Source of the DNA: a virus
Virus record (IMG/VR): IMGVR_UViG_3300032731_001452
Coordinates: 5,218 to 69,217 of that record
Direction: 5' to 3' (one strand)
DNA length: 64,000 bases
Position numbers and translations under genes: made by a program. This document shows, piece by piece, positions 28,934 to 39,734 of this stretch. Position 1 is the first letter of the stretch; every line of letters starts with the position of its first letter. Under the pieces are notes generated by a model. That model saw nothing but the letters and a program-made list of their open reading frames with translations, searched no databases and was not told the DNA's origin.

Positions 28934-30418
28934 CTACAGCACGAACCAGTTAACGCCGTCATGATAAAATCCAAATTCTTCACCATCACCCTCGATGGGC
29001 CAACTTGCGTCCTCGTCGATGGTCTGCCCGGACTCAGCGGTCACCGTGACGGCGAACACGCTGGCGTTCGCGCCCTCATCCTTCATCCGAACCAGCTTCC
29101 CTGGGATGGCTAGTAAGGCATCCATCAGCCGGACAGCACAGACACCTGTTGCGGTGCGCGTAATAGCCAAGAAGCTATCGCCGGTCGTGGTGTCATAGGT
29201 AGCCACGTTAACCACGGTACGCTTGAGATTTCCGGCACCGCCCGAGAACACGTAGTACGATACGCCGTCCGTAAGTAACAGTATCGAGTCGCCTGGAGCA
29301 TTCAGATCTGTTTGGTTGGCCGGCGCCGCTACACCATCCACATACAAGCTGTTTCCGTTGCCGTCGATGGTTACAGCGTTGGTCGCCAGCGCCCCCATGG
29401 CGATAACTGGACGCCAAAAGGTGTCTAGCAAATCCGTGGGGGTGGCCGGTAAGTCGATCTGAAATGCACCACCGGCACTGTTGGCGATGAAGGTTTTTCC
29501 TCCATCCATGTGATCCAAGGTGTGGGCACCCACCAGTACTTCATACCGCGGCGACGCAGCCCACGCTGTTGGACCAACCGTACGCTCTTCTCCAGTGTCC
29601 CTTGCAATAACAACGGCCCCGAGCGGGTAGTCTGAATAAACCGCGCCCGTGAACGTAGCAATCCGGAACACCTGAGTCAGAATCTCGACGTCCGAATCGG
29701 TGTCCGTCACGAACGATTCGTACGGAATAGCAGCCAAGTACCAGTGGCGGCGCATTCTGAAGTAGCACGTGGTTGCCGCGCCCATTGTATACAGCGCCAG
29801 CGTAGCCGGCGCCGCCTTGGTACGATACACAAAGCTAATCTGAAGGTTCTCTGTTGGATTGGCGGCAACAGCATCGCCATCTACGACGGCAGCGAGGCTC
29901 TGAACGAGGCCGAAGACCTCCTCGCCGTCATCGGTCTCGATATGGTCTCCGGTCGCCGCGTCAATCAGCTCAGCTACATTGACGAGGGCGCCGCTTATTG
30001 CGGCCTGGGGCGTCACGCTCGGAACGGCTGTGCCGGCAACGGCAAAACCAGGATCTGTGACGGATACGTAACCGCCGATGTCTGTACTGACTTCAGCACC
30101 AAGCGACATTGTACCGGCGCCACCAGATAGAGCTGTGTCAGGGATAACGATACCTTGGACCGCACCACCCGTGGTGAATTGCATGGTAACCGGATCGAAG
30201 GCTCCCCAAACAGCAACGGTAGGCGCACCCGCGAACGCACCTACGTACGTTATCCAGCTGAGCGGACCTCGAGTACGCATCTCGCCGGTATCGTCTGCTA
30301 CGACGACGGCGCCGAGTTGGTACGAGGTGTATACCTCGCCAGCGAACGTGGCGATATGAATCGGATCGGGGTACGGGTGCCCATTCACCCACATTGCTGG
30401 GTATCGGCGACCAGTCAT
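28934..30418 (-). CDS. Putative tail-fibre-like virion protein with internal repeats
   Basis: IATFAGEVYTSYQLGAVVVADDTGEMRTRGP is repeated as IATFTGAVYSDYPLGAVVIARDTGEERTVGP; two C-terminal fibre-type modules ending TDGVSYYV and HDGVNWFV. Confidence 0.65.
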   Translation of the reverse strand: MTGRRYPAMWVNGHPYPDPIHIATFAGEVYTSYQLGAVVVADDTGEMRTRGPLSWITYVGAFAGAPTVAVWGAFDPVTMQFTTGGAVQGIVIPDTALSGGAGTMSLGAEVSTDIGGYVSVTDPGFAVAGTAVPSVTPQAAISGALVNVAELIDAATGDHIETDDGEEVFGLVQSLAAVVDGDAVAANPTENLQISFVYRTKAAPATLALYTMGAATTCYFRMRRHWYLAAIPYESFVTDTDSDVEILTQVFRIATFTGAVYSDYPLGAVVIARDTGEERTVGPTAWAASPRYEVLVGAHTLDHMDGGKTFIANSAGGAFQIDLPATPTDLLDTFWRPVIAMGALATNAVTIDGNGNSLYVDGVAAPANQTDLNAPGDSILLLTDGVSYYVFSGGAGNLKRTVVNVATYDTTTGDSFLAITRTATGVCAVRLMDALLAIPGKLVRMKDEGANASVFAVTVTAESGQTIDEDASWPIEGDGEEFGFYHDGVNWFVL

Positions 30419-30419
30419 G

Positions 30420-30845
30420 TTAACGAATCCTCGTATGGTTGGCGCGGATTGCGGTTACCTTCGCGGTGATAACGTCTGTCGGGGCTCCCGTGGTGATGAT
30501 TTGGATGTCTCCGTTAGCACGGATTGGCATCGGTCCTTCAAGGATGACTGAGGTAACGCCAGCCCCGAAGTTAGCCCACTCAACGGTCAATCCGTCTTCA
30601 ATGATATTTACGGTGCAAGTCGTTTGATCGCCGGGTAGGACAATCGTTATGCGCCGAATGTCCAAATCCCACCTTGCATGAAGATGGAATAGACCAGCGA
30701 CGCCCGCGACTGCTTCCGCGTACCGAACGCCGTTTGTCTCAGGCGTTGGCTCAACGGCCGGAAGTGTACCGGCCATGTTCTGGCCAGCGGCTGCGCTCTG
30801 GATAACGGTAAACGGGCGATCGAACGAGTACTGATAACGCGCCAC
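30420..30845 (-). CDS. Putative virion protein
   Basis: 141 aa, beta-rich, first gene of the appendage operon. Confidence 0.55.
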   Translation of the reverse strand: MARYQYSFDRPFTVIQSAAAGQNMAGTLPAVEPTPETNGVRYAEAVAGVAGLFHLHARWDLDIRRITIVLPGDQTTCTVNIIEDGLTVEWANFGAGVTSVILEGPMPIRANGDIQIITTGAPTDVITAKVTAIRANHTRIR

Positions 30846-31044
30846 GCCTTCTCCCTACCGGGGTCAAAACCCCACGTTTCTCGTGCTCTGCATCAAAAAG
30901 ATGCCCTAGGGACGGAATCGTCGCTAAAAACACGCTCAGAATACAACGAAAACGCGACTAGCAAGAAGCGAAAGCGCTATTATCCATACGTAGAAGTGAA
31001 ATCACGTTAACAACTTCAACCAAGAAAGAATTGTCTACAGTCAC

Positions 31045-32112
31045 ATGACAACTGAAAACAAGCCTAAACAAATCGTAATCATCGGTTGCCCTCGATCTGG
31101 AACCAGCCTGTTGCAGGTACTGTTTGCGTACTGCTTCAAAAACTGCTGGATGCCACCGGAATTCGAACAACAGCCGTCCAACTACTTCTGGACCAGAACG
31201 TTCCCCACGCTCGATCCAAAACCAGAAGCTATCATCTGGAAACGCCCCGAGATGCCGTGGCGGAGCCAAGAAAAATTCGACAAGCTGGTATCCGAAGGTG
31301 CACACGTCATCGGTCTCGCCCGACACCCCGCCTCCATGCTGACTAGCCAACAGAAGGGTAAGCCGTATTGGGACGAACTGGCATTTGGAAAAGACCGTAA
31401 AACCGCCCTTGAACGATGGCAAGCCATGTCCACGTACATGATGCGGTTCGCTCAGGGTATGATCCCCAACTTCACTTTGATACGGTTTGAGGATCTTCTG
31501 GCAAACCCGCTCAACGTACAGCGCGTCTTGAGCCGGCAGCTGGGGCTAGAATCACTATTCCCGTTCGACGAGCACCACCTCCACGTACCGGCAGACAACG
31601 TCAATGTACACGCGATGAACGGCCTACGACCTCTAGATCCCAAACGCGCTGGTCAGCTCAGTGATGAAGACCTGCGCGAGCAAGGGTTCGAAATCCCCAG
31701 CACCATCCGAATCATGGCTCGCGGACTCGGATACGACTGTGGTCCACTGCACGAACTACCGAACGACGTCAAAATCAACAACGTTGCGTTACAGCCTTAC
31801 GCTTTCGGTTGCGGCAAACTCTCGTCCAACTGGGAGTTTCATACACCCAACGACAAAGAGGGTCAGCTCGACTTGACGGCCATGCTGAACACGGTGCTGG
31901 CAACAACAATCATGGAAAACGCCGGGGAGTCATTCAAGGTCGAAGGGCCGTGCATCCTACCGGGGCATGACCACGCGATGGTGTACCACGGACGTGGAAG
32001 CGCGCCGCTGATTGTTGGTAAGTGTGAGGAGTCGGGTGATTACGTCATGCTGCAGGCGGGGGGAAACCAGCTCGCCAAAATCAAGAGCTTGCCGGCTCCC
32101 CCCGAAGACTAG
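31045..32112 (+). CDS. PAPS-dependent sulfotransferase family protein with extra C-terminal domain
   Basis: 5'-PSB loop IIGCPRSGTSLL, 3'-PB motif LARHPASMLTS, and IRFEDLLANP. Confidence 0.8.
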   Translation: MTTENKPKQIVIIGCPRSGTSLLQVLFAYCFKNCWMPPEFEQQPSNYFWTRTFPTLDPKPEAIIWKRPEMPWRSQEKFDKLVSEGAHVIGLARHPASMLTSQQKGKPYWDELAFGKDRKTALERWQAMSTYMMRFAQGMIPNFTLIRFEDLLANPLNVQRVLSRQLGLESLFPFDEHHLHVPADNVNVHAMNGLRPLDPKRAGQLSDEDLREQGFEIPSTIRIMARGLGYDCGPLHELPNDVKINNVALQPYAFGCGKLSSNWEFHTPNDKEGQLDLTAMLNTVLATTIMENAGESFKVEGPCILPGHDHAMVYHGRGSAPLIVGKCEESGDYVMLQAGGNQLAKIKSLPAPPED

Positions 32113-32114
32113 GT

Positions 32115-33965
32115 CTAAGCCTGCGGAATTACGAAGTACAGATACGCGGTAATCGAGCCAACAGTCAGCGTACTGAGGTTGGCGCCGGTCGCTGTGATGG
32201 TGACCAACGGGGTGATGGTACCGCGGGGGAACATCGCCAGCGTTCCGTCGAATGCGTCACCAGCGGCAGCTAAGTCACCGGTTCCACCCAAGATGTCATT
32301 ACCGGCATCGAGGAGCAGATCCGGGTTTCCAGTGACACCCAACTGCGCCGTGCAGGCGGTGATGGTACCACCCGCGTCGTCGTACTGGGTTGCAACGTTG
32401 ATGCGTCCACCGATAGGCATCGCGCTGGCCGGAAGTGCCGAAGCGAACGGGAGCGCGATAGCCACGCCGGCCGTCGAAGCGTCACCGAACGGAATCACCA
32501 GCTCACGGACGAACACCGGCAAGCTCGCGAGCGTGCGGGTCGCAACGCCGCCGATGGTCGTTTGACCGGCGATGTTGCCGGTGATGGCCAGGCGCGCACC
32601 AGCGTCCGTCAACGCACCGAGCAGATTCCCGGCATCGAACGTACAGGCCACAGCACCACCAGCGTTCACCATCACGAGGGCGCCGACCATATCCACGCCA
32701 ACGAACGTCAGGACCGCGTCGCCTTCGACATCACCGGAGCCACCGATATCGCAGTTCTCCATGAACAGAGTCGCCTCGTCATCCATGTCGAAGTTGCCGA
32801 CAAGATTCAATCCGCGGATGACACCGTTACCCGGGTCGTTGACGCCGTCTGCGGCCGTCGCGCCACCGTCGTAGGTGAGGTTGCCACCGATGAAGCCGCC
32901 GTACCCGCTGATGAGGCCGAGGTTGGTCGCAACCGACGGAACGTTCTGCGCCGTATCCCAGCTACCCGTCACGTTCCGAACGATGTTGGAACGCAGATAG
33001 TTGATCTGGTTGGTATTCCAGAAGCGCAAGTCCTGACCGATGACGCAACCGTTTGCGATCTGGATGTTGACCACGTTCTCCGTGATGAGATCGCCGTAAA
33101 TACCGCACTCGAGGAAGGTGATACCGGTCGTACCGAAAGCAACACCAGCGCCGACGCCAACGACCTGCGCGTCTACCACGACGCTACCGATAGCGCCGAA
33201 GATGATGTTGTGGAGCGTGACCTCGGTAGTTACGCCAGCGGCGCCGGCAACCAACTGGGCGAGGTCACCACCGACGGGCGTCGGATCCGCACCGGCAGCG
33301 CGGTACAAAGCGATGCTCGCTTCGGTTGCGTTGCTGATGATAAGGGCGGAGTTGGTCGTAGCTTCGACCATCACCTTGCCGCCGACGGCCCAGAGAATCA
33401 GGCCGCTGAAGTCGATGTCACCGTGAATCGACAAATCCTCGGTGTAGGTGTCAGCCATGATGGCGACCATGACGGGCGCGGCGATGGTGGGCGCCAGCGC
33501 ACCGGCAGCATCGATACCAGCCTGGATGGTGGCCAGCGGCTCCTTCATGTTGCCAACGTACGTGTCGTCGCCGTTGGAGCCGTCCACGTAGATGACGCGA
33601 TCCGGCCAGTGACCAGCGCTCAGATCGCTGATACGCAGCCAACGACCGGCGCCGACGACCGCCGTAGGCTGAACCACGAGGTTGCCGTCATCGACGGCGA
33701 CCGACGTGCTCTCGTAGTAGTACAGTCCGTGCGTTTCGACGAAGATGAGCGCCTTGTCGACGTAGTGCGTGTCCGCGCGCAGCGCCGCAACGGTCGCGAC
33801 CGGGTCGAGCATGGCGTTTTCTTGGTCGTCGATGCGCGAGATGAGATCGCGCGACAACTCAGCCAGAGTCGGCCCAATACCAGACGCTTTGGTTAGGTTA
33901 GCTCCGCCGTCGAAGTGATTGAGTAGAATGTCGGTAAGTGCATAAGGCGCTGTAGGCAAGGCCAT
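32115..33965 (-). CDS. Putative tailspike/beta-helix virion protein
   Basis: ATVAALRA...AVDDGNLVVQPT..GAGRWLR tailspike N-domain; IYVDGSNGDD...PLATIQAGID (DUF1565-like) and beta-helix repeats. Confidence 0.7.
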   Translation of the reverse strand: MALPTAPYALTDILLNHFDGGANLTKASGIGPTLAELSRDLISRIDDQENAMLDPVATVAALRADTHYVDKALIFVETHGLYYYESTSVAVDDGNLVVQPTAVVGAGRWLRISDLSAGHWPDRVIYVDGSNGDDTYVGNMKEPLATIQAGIDAAGALAPTIAAPVMVAIMADTYTEDLSIHGDIDFSGLILWAVGGKVMVEATTNSALIISNATEASIALYRAAGADPTPVGGDLAQLVAGAAGVTTEVTLHNIIFGAIGSVVVDAQVVGVGAGVAFGTTGITFLECGIYGDLITENVVNIQIANGCVIGQDLRFWNTNQINYLRSNIVRNVTGSWDTAQNVPSVATNLGLISGYGGFIGGNLTYDGGATAADGVNDPGNGVIRGLNLVGNFDMDDEATLFMENCDIGGSGDVEGDAVLTFVGVDMVGALVMVNAGGAVACTFDAGNLLGALTDAGARLAITGNIAGQTTIGGVATRTLASLPVFVRELVIPFGDASTAGVAIALPFASALPASAMPIGGRINVATQYDDAGGTITACTAQLGVTGNPDLLLDAGNDILGGTGDLAAAGDAFDGTLAMFPRGTITPLVTITATGANLSTLTVGSITAYLYFVIPQA

Positions 33966-34355
33966 GGTTTTCTCCAGTTGAGGGGTTCAACAACCCATAA
34001 AGCTCCTGTGACCGTACCACAAACCGAAAACGTCATTTCACGAATGAAACGCGCGCGTTTACAGGAAACCCCCGTACTTAGGGAGAAAACAAGGAAAATA
34101 GTTTGACTTACCGAAGTGGATTTGGCGCGAGTTACCCACGCCGCGAAGTAGGAATTAGAGTAACTAGAGGCGGTGGGCGCTCTCTGGCGTGATGTTAAAA
34201 TTCAAGCGGTGACTTGGTTCGGCAACAAATTCTTGAAGGGCTACCGCCATCATTGAGGCAACCAAGATCTCCACGTCTTTAAGGTTCCGCGCGCGAGGGC
34301 GTTATCCAGGCAGTCGATCAAGGGCGTCTTCTGCTTCTCCAGACCGAACCTGTCG

Positions 34356-34766
34356 TTACTCTTCGTCCAGCTCGCCCAGACGCTTCTTGATGTCGTCCTC
34401 GGTCATCTCGTCGAGCTTACCGTCCTGCTTCTTCTCCAGGGCGTCCAGGAGCTTCTCGCGTTCCTTGATGCGATCAGCCCGCTTCCCGGCCTTCTCTTCC
34501 TCGTCGAGCTTGATGGCGATGACGTGCTTGACTAGTTCGAGCGCGGTCTCCGCAAACGTCTGCTTGAGGCTCCGGCGCGTGGCGACGAAGCTCTCTTCGC
34601 TCATGGCCTTGAGCGCTCGGTTGACACCCTTGGCGACGGTGTCGAGGTCGAATTCATCACGGGAGCGCAGGGGCACGTCCCATAGCTGCTCAAGGGTCAG
34701 CAGACCCTTGACGCTTGCAAACCGGATCTTGTTGCGAAGTGCGATGTCGTACATGGCGTTGTCCAT
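34356..34766 (-). CDS. Conserved phage coiled-coil protein, partner of the upstream 665-aa gene
   Basis: A.R.K.RF.S.KGLLT.EQLWD.PL motif; C-terminal coiled coil. Confidence 0.75.
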   Translation of the reverse strand: MDNAMYDIALRNKIRFASVKGLLTLEQLWDVPLRSRDEFDLDTVAKGVNRALKAMSEESFVATRRSLKQTFAETALELVKHVIAIKLDEEEKAGKRADRIKEREKLLDALEKKQDGKLDEMTEDDIKKRLGELDEE

Positions 34767-34781
34767 TTTCTTTCTCCTCGA

Positions 34782-36779
34782 TTACGCGCCGAACCGGACA
34801 CGGTATAAGCGCTGGTTATTAACTCGGATGACCACGGAGTCTCGTTTAGTTGACGAGAATCCGAGGCCCGATAACTGACCCTCGGTGGGCTGGCACTTAG
34901 TCTTGTCCCCGATGACCTCGAAGACCTTGCGGTGCTGTTCCAGGCGTGGGTGCAGGAACTCGTTGTAAATGCCGCGCGTGGGTTCGTCGTTCAATGCCCC
35001 ATCGAGGACGAAGAACGTGTGCTGGTTGCCCACGGCGTTGTCGCCCCAGAAGTTGGGGGAGAGGGTCACCGTATTGACCTTGACGAAGTTCTCGGTCTTC
35101 AGCCCCCACTTCTCCTGGCCGACAGCGTTGCTGGTGATGCGGGGATCCAGCGCCTCCGTGTCATAGACAACGCCGTCCTTCACCTGCAGCGACACGACCG
35201 GGATCTCCTGGCGGTTCATGACTTCATGCGGGAAGTTGAAGTGCGAGATACGCCCCTGGTTCTCGATCTCGATGACGAAGCCGACGTCAACGGTCTCGCG
35301 GTGGGTGTAGTTACGCACGGAGACTTGGTAGACCCCGTCGGGCACCTGCGACCAGACGATATTCTCGACGGCCTCGCGGGTGTCTGCGCTCACGTTCATG
35401 TCGATGTCAAGCCGGCCGCCGCACCGCCCGCGCTTGTTGTTGAAGCTGATGTGGCCGCCCGGCCCGCGAACGTGGATGTCAAGGTCGTCGAGATTGAACC
35501 AGGACAAGGACGCCCGGAGTTGGACCCCTGTGACCTTGCCGCCGGCCTTGCGGACCCGCTCCTTGATCGAGTCGGCGATGTTGCCAGCGTAGGACCACGC
35601 GAAGTCGTTGCCCCAGCGAAACAACTGCTGCGGGTCCGGGTACACCGGAGCCGTCAGCGACATGAGGTTGTCCAGGTGCTCGCCCTTCAGCAGCACCTCC
35701 ATGGACGTGATGTCTCCGAGCATGCCGTTGAGAAGCTGGTCGACGGGGATGTCTTCGGCCCGATCTTCCTCGTCGTCGTGGGAGCGGTGCTCTTCGACGT
35801 GGTCCATCAGCGCGTCGCCGATGCCGCCCTTCATTAACGGCTTGACGTTGTTGTCGACCCAGAGCACGTCATTGACGTTGATGTCGTCGATACGCGCGAA
35901 GCGCCGCTCCAGGGCGGGCTCCAGATCCAGATCGCCGATGGTCTTCATGGCTTCCTTGACCATGCCGGGGGTGATCAGGGCCTTGGTCCGTTTGTAGTTC
36001 TGCGGCGCCACCTTCGATTCGAACTTGCCGACGGCCTCTTCGATGGGCACCCCGTCGCTCAGGTCAGTTGCCAGCGTTCCGATGACGGTATTTCGGAACC
36101 GCGCGGCCTTGCTGGTGCCGCGGGTCCACACGAACAGACCCTTGTCCTCGGCGGCCTGGTACTCCTGCTGGAGCTTCATGAACGCCACCAGCGCGCCCCG
36201 GTGTTCGGCACCGCGATAGAGGTTGTTGGCGTCGATCAGCGACAGGACCGTGGCCAGCGCCTCGGGGGTCAACTCGTCGAGTCCCCGCTGGAGGACGCCG
36301 ACGGTGGTGCGGTAGTCACCGCGTACCTGTTCCGGAGTGGTGGATCGAAAGCGCTTCGGGATGGGCCCGGTGTAGAAGTGATGCCAGCGCTCCACGTTTC
36401 CGTCCGGGCTCATGCCCTTGGTTATCTCGGCACCGAAGGCCCCCTCGCTAACGCGGAAGATGTCGACGATGTCGGAAGTCTCGACCACCCCGGACAGGAT
36501 AGCGGCCACTCCGTCGTATGGGTGATCGGCCCCCTCGACGCCCCAGACCGACCGGTGGTTGGCGTCGACGACGTTGCCGGCACGACGGATGAACTGCTTG
36601 CAGCAGCTGCAGTCGTGCTCGGTGCGCTCACGGAATATGAGATTACTACCCTCGGGGAACGCCTTGAGATAGATGTCCCACAACTCGTCGGGGTGCACAT
36701 CCACGACGTAGAGATCGCCAGATGCCATCTCCTGGAATCGGTCGTGGATCAACTTCCCAAATGTCTTGAAATCGCGCAT
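34782..36779 (-). CDS. Conserved phage protein with Cys motif and YfaP/DUF2135-like domain
   Basis: HDCSCCKQFI, VAPQNYKR, and SWFNLDDLDIH...LDIDMN...AVENIVW. Confidence 0.75.
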   Translation of the reverse strand: MRDFKTFGKLIHDRFQEMASGDLYVVDVHPDELWDIYLKAFPEGSNLIFRERTEHDCSCCKQFIRRAGNVVDANHRSVWGVEGADHPYDGVAAILSGVVETSDIVDIFRVSEGAFGAEITKGMSPDGNVERWHHFYTGPIPKRFRSTTPEQVRGDYRTTVGVLQRGLDELTPEALATVLSLIDANNLYRGAEHRGALVAFMKLQQEYQAAEDKGLFVWTRGTSKAARFRNTVIGTLATDLSDGVPIEEAVGKFESKVAPQNYKRTKALITPGMVKEAMKTIGDLDLEPALERRFARIDDINVNDVLWVDNNVKPLMKGGIGDALMDHVEEHRSHDDEEDRAEDIPVDQLLNGMLGDITSMEVLLKGEHLDNLMSLTAPVYPDPQQLFRWGNDFAWSYAGNIADSIKERVRKAGGKVTGVQLRASLSWFNLDDLDIHVRGPGGHISFNNKRGRCGGRLDIDMNVSADTREAVENIVWSQVPDGVYQVSVRNYTHRETVDVGFVIEIENQGRISHFNFPHEVMNRQEIPVVSLQVKDGVVYDTEALDPRITSNAVGQEKWGLKTENFVKVNTVTLSPNFWGDNAVGNQHTFFVLDGALNDEPTRGIYNEFLHPRLEQHRKVFEVIGDKTKCQPTEGQLSGLGFSSTKRDSVVIRVNNQRLYRVRFGA

Positions 36780-36803
36780 GTTCTTACTCCTTCAGTGCCC
36801 AAT

Positions 36804-36833
36804 AAGCTAGCACGATCTTTAAATCGCGGTCAA
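36804..36833 (-). promoter_or_regulatory. Sigma70-type promoter of the 665-aa gene
   Basis: TTGACC-18-TAGCTT with TG extension; AAGGAG RBS downstream. Confidence 0.5.
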
Positions 36834-36929
36834 TCTCGGTCATTTCTACACCTCCACCGTGTGAACTGTCGAATAACTTAACTGAACGAAGTTGATTCTA
36901 GCAAGATGGAAAGTTATTGCAAGAACTTT

Positions 36930-39230
36930 CTAGCTATCTTGCAACTTATCCATGATGGTTTCGCGAAGAGACTTAACGTCGTCGGGGTGTTCGCGAAGAT
37001 ACTGGATGGTAGCCTCGCGACCGTTACCAATCCGATCCCCACCGTAACTATGCCAGTTACCGCTCTTCTCAATGAGATCAAACTCAAGAGCTAAATCAAG
37101 CGTCTCACAAAGCTGATCGATGCCGCGACCGAAGATAAGATCAACCTCAGCTAGACCAAACGGCGGGGCGAGCTTGTTTTTGACCACGCGTAACTTCAGT
37201 CGATTACCGATTCGAGTCTCACCCTTCTTGATGCCACCTAAGATACGAACGTCAATTCGAACCGACGAATAAAAACGAAGCGCCTTCCCGCCGCTGGTCG
37301 TCTCGGGATTTCCAAAACCACCCGTTCCGATCTTGAGTCGTGTTTGGTTAATGAAAATCACCATCGTTTTCGTCGTTCGCGTGTTAGCCACGAGCTTACG
37401 TAGTGCCTGACTCATCAGCCGGGCCTGTAGCCCTGGTAGGCTATCTCCCATGTCACCGGCTAATTCGGCTTTTGGAGTCAACGCTGATACCGAATCAACA
37501 ACGATGATGTCAATTGCGCCGGATCGAACAAGAGTGTCGACAATCTCCAACGCTTGCTCGCCGTAATCCGGTTGGCTGATTAGCATCTCTTCGACGTTAA
37601 CGCCCACGCCTTTCGCGAGCGAAGGATCGAGAGCTTGTTCGGCGTCGATAAAAGCAGCAATACCGCCCTGCTTTTGAACCTCTGCAATTGTGTGAAGTGC
37701 GAGGGTGGTATTGTGCGTCACGAATCCGTTAGCGTTAAGCGATGCGGTTTGCTCCATCGCGAAGTCAAACGTCGGTTCGGGCTCGTTCTCCGTTACGCTT
37801 TCAACCCGATCGTAGTAATACCAACGCTTACGAATCTCCGCTAATCTAGCTAAGATGATTGGATCGCCAATCTCTTTGAAAGCCTCCGAAATCAATTCAA
37901 GACGGTTGTACGTAACGAGCGCGCGTGGGGACGGCGCCATATAACAATCCATGAGGACGTTAAGCTCGCGGTTAGTCTCGGCGGAATCGTACAAATCTCG
38001 TAAAAGACCCCCTAAGCAAGGAATGGAATCATGGTTTGTTGAACCACCGTCTCCGTGTAATCGCAAAAGTTCGTCATGTTTCTTCGCTCGGGATGAAGAT
38101 CTAGTTCCCACCACTTGAATGAATTTACGAGCTGCATCACCAGCCATCGTTAACTGCCAATAATTATTATTGGGGTACTCCGCAACATGTTTATCGCGCA
38201 GTAAACCAATGATACCGAATCGTAGTTGGAGTAAGAGCTTTACGTCATCCAATAATTCGCGGCTAGCCGACACGGTTTCAATACACATCTTACTCGGGTG
38301 GATAAAACACTCACAATCAAAATACCCACGAAGTACCTCAAGAAGCGCGGCGTCATTGAGTCGACGAACTCGAGAGCCGACGATTTTATCTGGGCTATTA
38401 CAAGGTTCCCACCCCCAAGATTCGTAAAATTTCGCAGCCGCTTCTACGCTGTTGAAGTGATAATTTATCGACGCGGTGTTACTTCCGCTCGGATAAACTT
38501 TTGGCTCCACACCGAAAATCGAAGACCCTACTCGTGCAATAAACTCCTTGATATCCGGATCGTCATTTGTAAGCCCGAGTCGAACACGATTGAAATGACC
38601 GTCCGCGAGGCTTAATCCAGCAAAATAAGCCTCGTCCGCATTACAAGCCATCATAAATTCGTGATTACGAACAATCTCACGATCGCTCACGAGGTAATCA
38701 CCAACCTCAAGTTGTTTAACTTGCTTCCATACCCAAAAACCATTCTTGCTCATAACAAGTTGCGGCTGATTAGCGGTTGGACGAATGTGAGCACCGGAGA
38801 ACGAACGGATGGTAAAAGTGGGTTTACGGTTGTTGTGAGTGAAATGCGTCGTTTCTTCGATTTCACCGTTTCGGTTGTACAAAGGAAATTCCGACGCTGT
38901 CGTTCGATTGGTACAGGTTGCTTTCAAACCCTGCATTTTGAATATTTCACCGATAGTCAACAAACCATATGGAGTTCCAATTCGGGTGTCCGCGGGTAGA
39001 CACTTACCGCTTGATTCTGGGCCAAATATCTCGATTACACGACCACGCGGAAACCCACCAATATGTAACTCGTGGTCAAGCTTCATTGAGCCGGTGGTTA
39101 CGACGTCAACGTCCATGGGCTTATCGCCCATTTTCATAATCGCGCCCTTGCCGTACAGCTTCTCGATATCCTTCAACGCTTGTTCGTAACCAAACCCAAC
39201 CGGCTTACTTTCTTTCTTTTTCTTTGCCAC
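36930..39230 (-). CDS. recA: RecA recombinase with intein (about 335 aa after splicing)
   Basis: [19 protein letters not shown]|[23 protein letters not shown] and FINQ. Confidence 0.97.
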   Translation of the reverse strand: MAKKKKESKPVGFGYEQALKDIEKLYGKGAIMKMGDKPMDVDVVTTGSMKLDHELHIGGFPRGRVIEIFGPESSGKCLPADTRIGTPYGLLTIGEIFKMQGLKATCTNRTTASEFPLYNRNGEIEETTHFTHNNRKPTFTIRSFSGAHIRPTANQPQLVMSKNGFWVWKQVKQLEVGDYLVSDREIVRNHEFMMACNADEAYFAGLSLADGHFNRVRLGLTNDDPDIKEFIARVGSSIFGVEPKVYPSGSNTASINYHFNSVEAAAKFYESWGWEPCNSPDKIVGSRVRRLNDAALLEVLRGYFDCECFIHPSKMCIETVSASRELLDDVKLLLQLRFGIIGLLRDKHVAEYPNNNYWQLTMAGDAARKFIQVVGTRSSSRAKKHDELLRLHGDGGSTNHDSIPCLGGLLRDLYDSAETNRELNVLMDCYMAPSPRALVTYNRLELISEAFKEIGDPIILARLAEIRKRWYYYDRVESVTENEPEPTFDFAMEQTASLNANGFVTHNTTLALHTIAEVQKQGGIAAFIDAEQALDPSLAKGVGVNVEEMLISQPDYGEQALEIVDTLVRSGAIDIIVVDSVSALTPKAELAGDMGDSLPGLQARLMSQALRKLVANTRTTKTMVIFINQTRLKIGTGGFGNPETTSGGKALRFYSSVRIDVRILGGIKKGETRIGNRLKLRVVKNKLAPPFGLAEVDLIFGRGIDQLCETLDLALEFDLIEKSGNWHSYGGDRIGNGREATIQYLREHPDDVKSLRETIMDKLQDS
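37710..39002 (-). mobile_element. LAGLIDADG intein in the RecA P-loop (431 aa)
   Basis: Begins CLPADT, ends GFVTHN before Thr; motifs [10 protein letters not shown] and LRGYFDCEC. Confidence 0.95.
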
Positions 39231-39420
39231 GTGCTTTCAACTCCTCGAGGTTTCGCTCTTTTTCTCGTATGTTTTTCAACAAGCTATCGAGTACATCTTC
39301 GACGGCTTGTTTCCGACTACTACCGAACGCCACGATCGCCAAGATGACGTTTACACCAGCCATCGATAAAATAATCCACCCCTGGACGGGATGAAGGTGC
39401 AAAAATACCCAAAAGCTCAT
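39205..39420 (-). CDS. Small membrane protein
   Basis: One TM helix followed by a charged tail. Confidence 0.55.
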   Translation of the reverse strand: MSFWVFLHLHPVQGWIILSMAGVNVILAIVAFGSSRKQAVEDVLDSLLKNIREKERNLEELKARGKEKERK

Positions 39421-39680
39421 GAGTTCGATGACATTTTCTTTCGTCGATGGTCTTCGACTGCCTGTTCCAACGTCTTAGCCATCTCGTTGAATGCGTTACT
39501 CAAATTCGCCCCGTCACCTTGAAGAACGCTTTGAATCGTCGTGTATAAATTCAACGCGATATCAGCTGGAACAGGCTCTTGTTTGACCGTGTAAAGGGCT
39601 AATGTGGACGCGACGGATTGAAGGGTCGTCCGCAAAGCTGTCGTTTCCAAGCTACGCTTGGTTGGGCGTTTATGCTTCAT
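39417..39680 (-). CDS. Hypothetical protein (probably leaderless)
   Basis: ATG 39680 lies 6 nt after TATAAT. Confidence 0.6.
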   Translation of the reverse strand: MKHKRPTKRSLETTALRTTLQSVASTLALYTVKQEPVPADIALNLYTTIQSVLQGDGANLSNAFNEMAKTLEQAVEDHRRKKMSSNS

Positions 39681-39711
39681 TGAAGAATTATAGCGGTTCG
39701 ACACAAAACCA

Positions 39712-39734
39712 AAAGTTTGCGGCTTGCAAACTTT
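39712..39734. repeat. Dispersed palindrome copy 3
   Basis: Identical 23-mer abutting the recQ stop codon. Confidence 0.95.

Noticed and set aside
24598-33965. Diversity-generating retroelement or invertible tail-fibre system
   Set aside because: No reverse transcriptase, recombinase or TR/VR pair is visible in the window.
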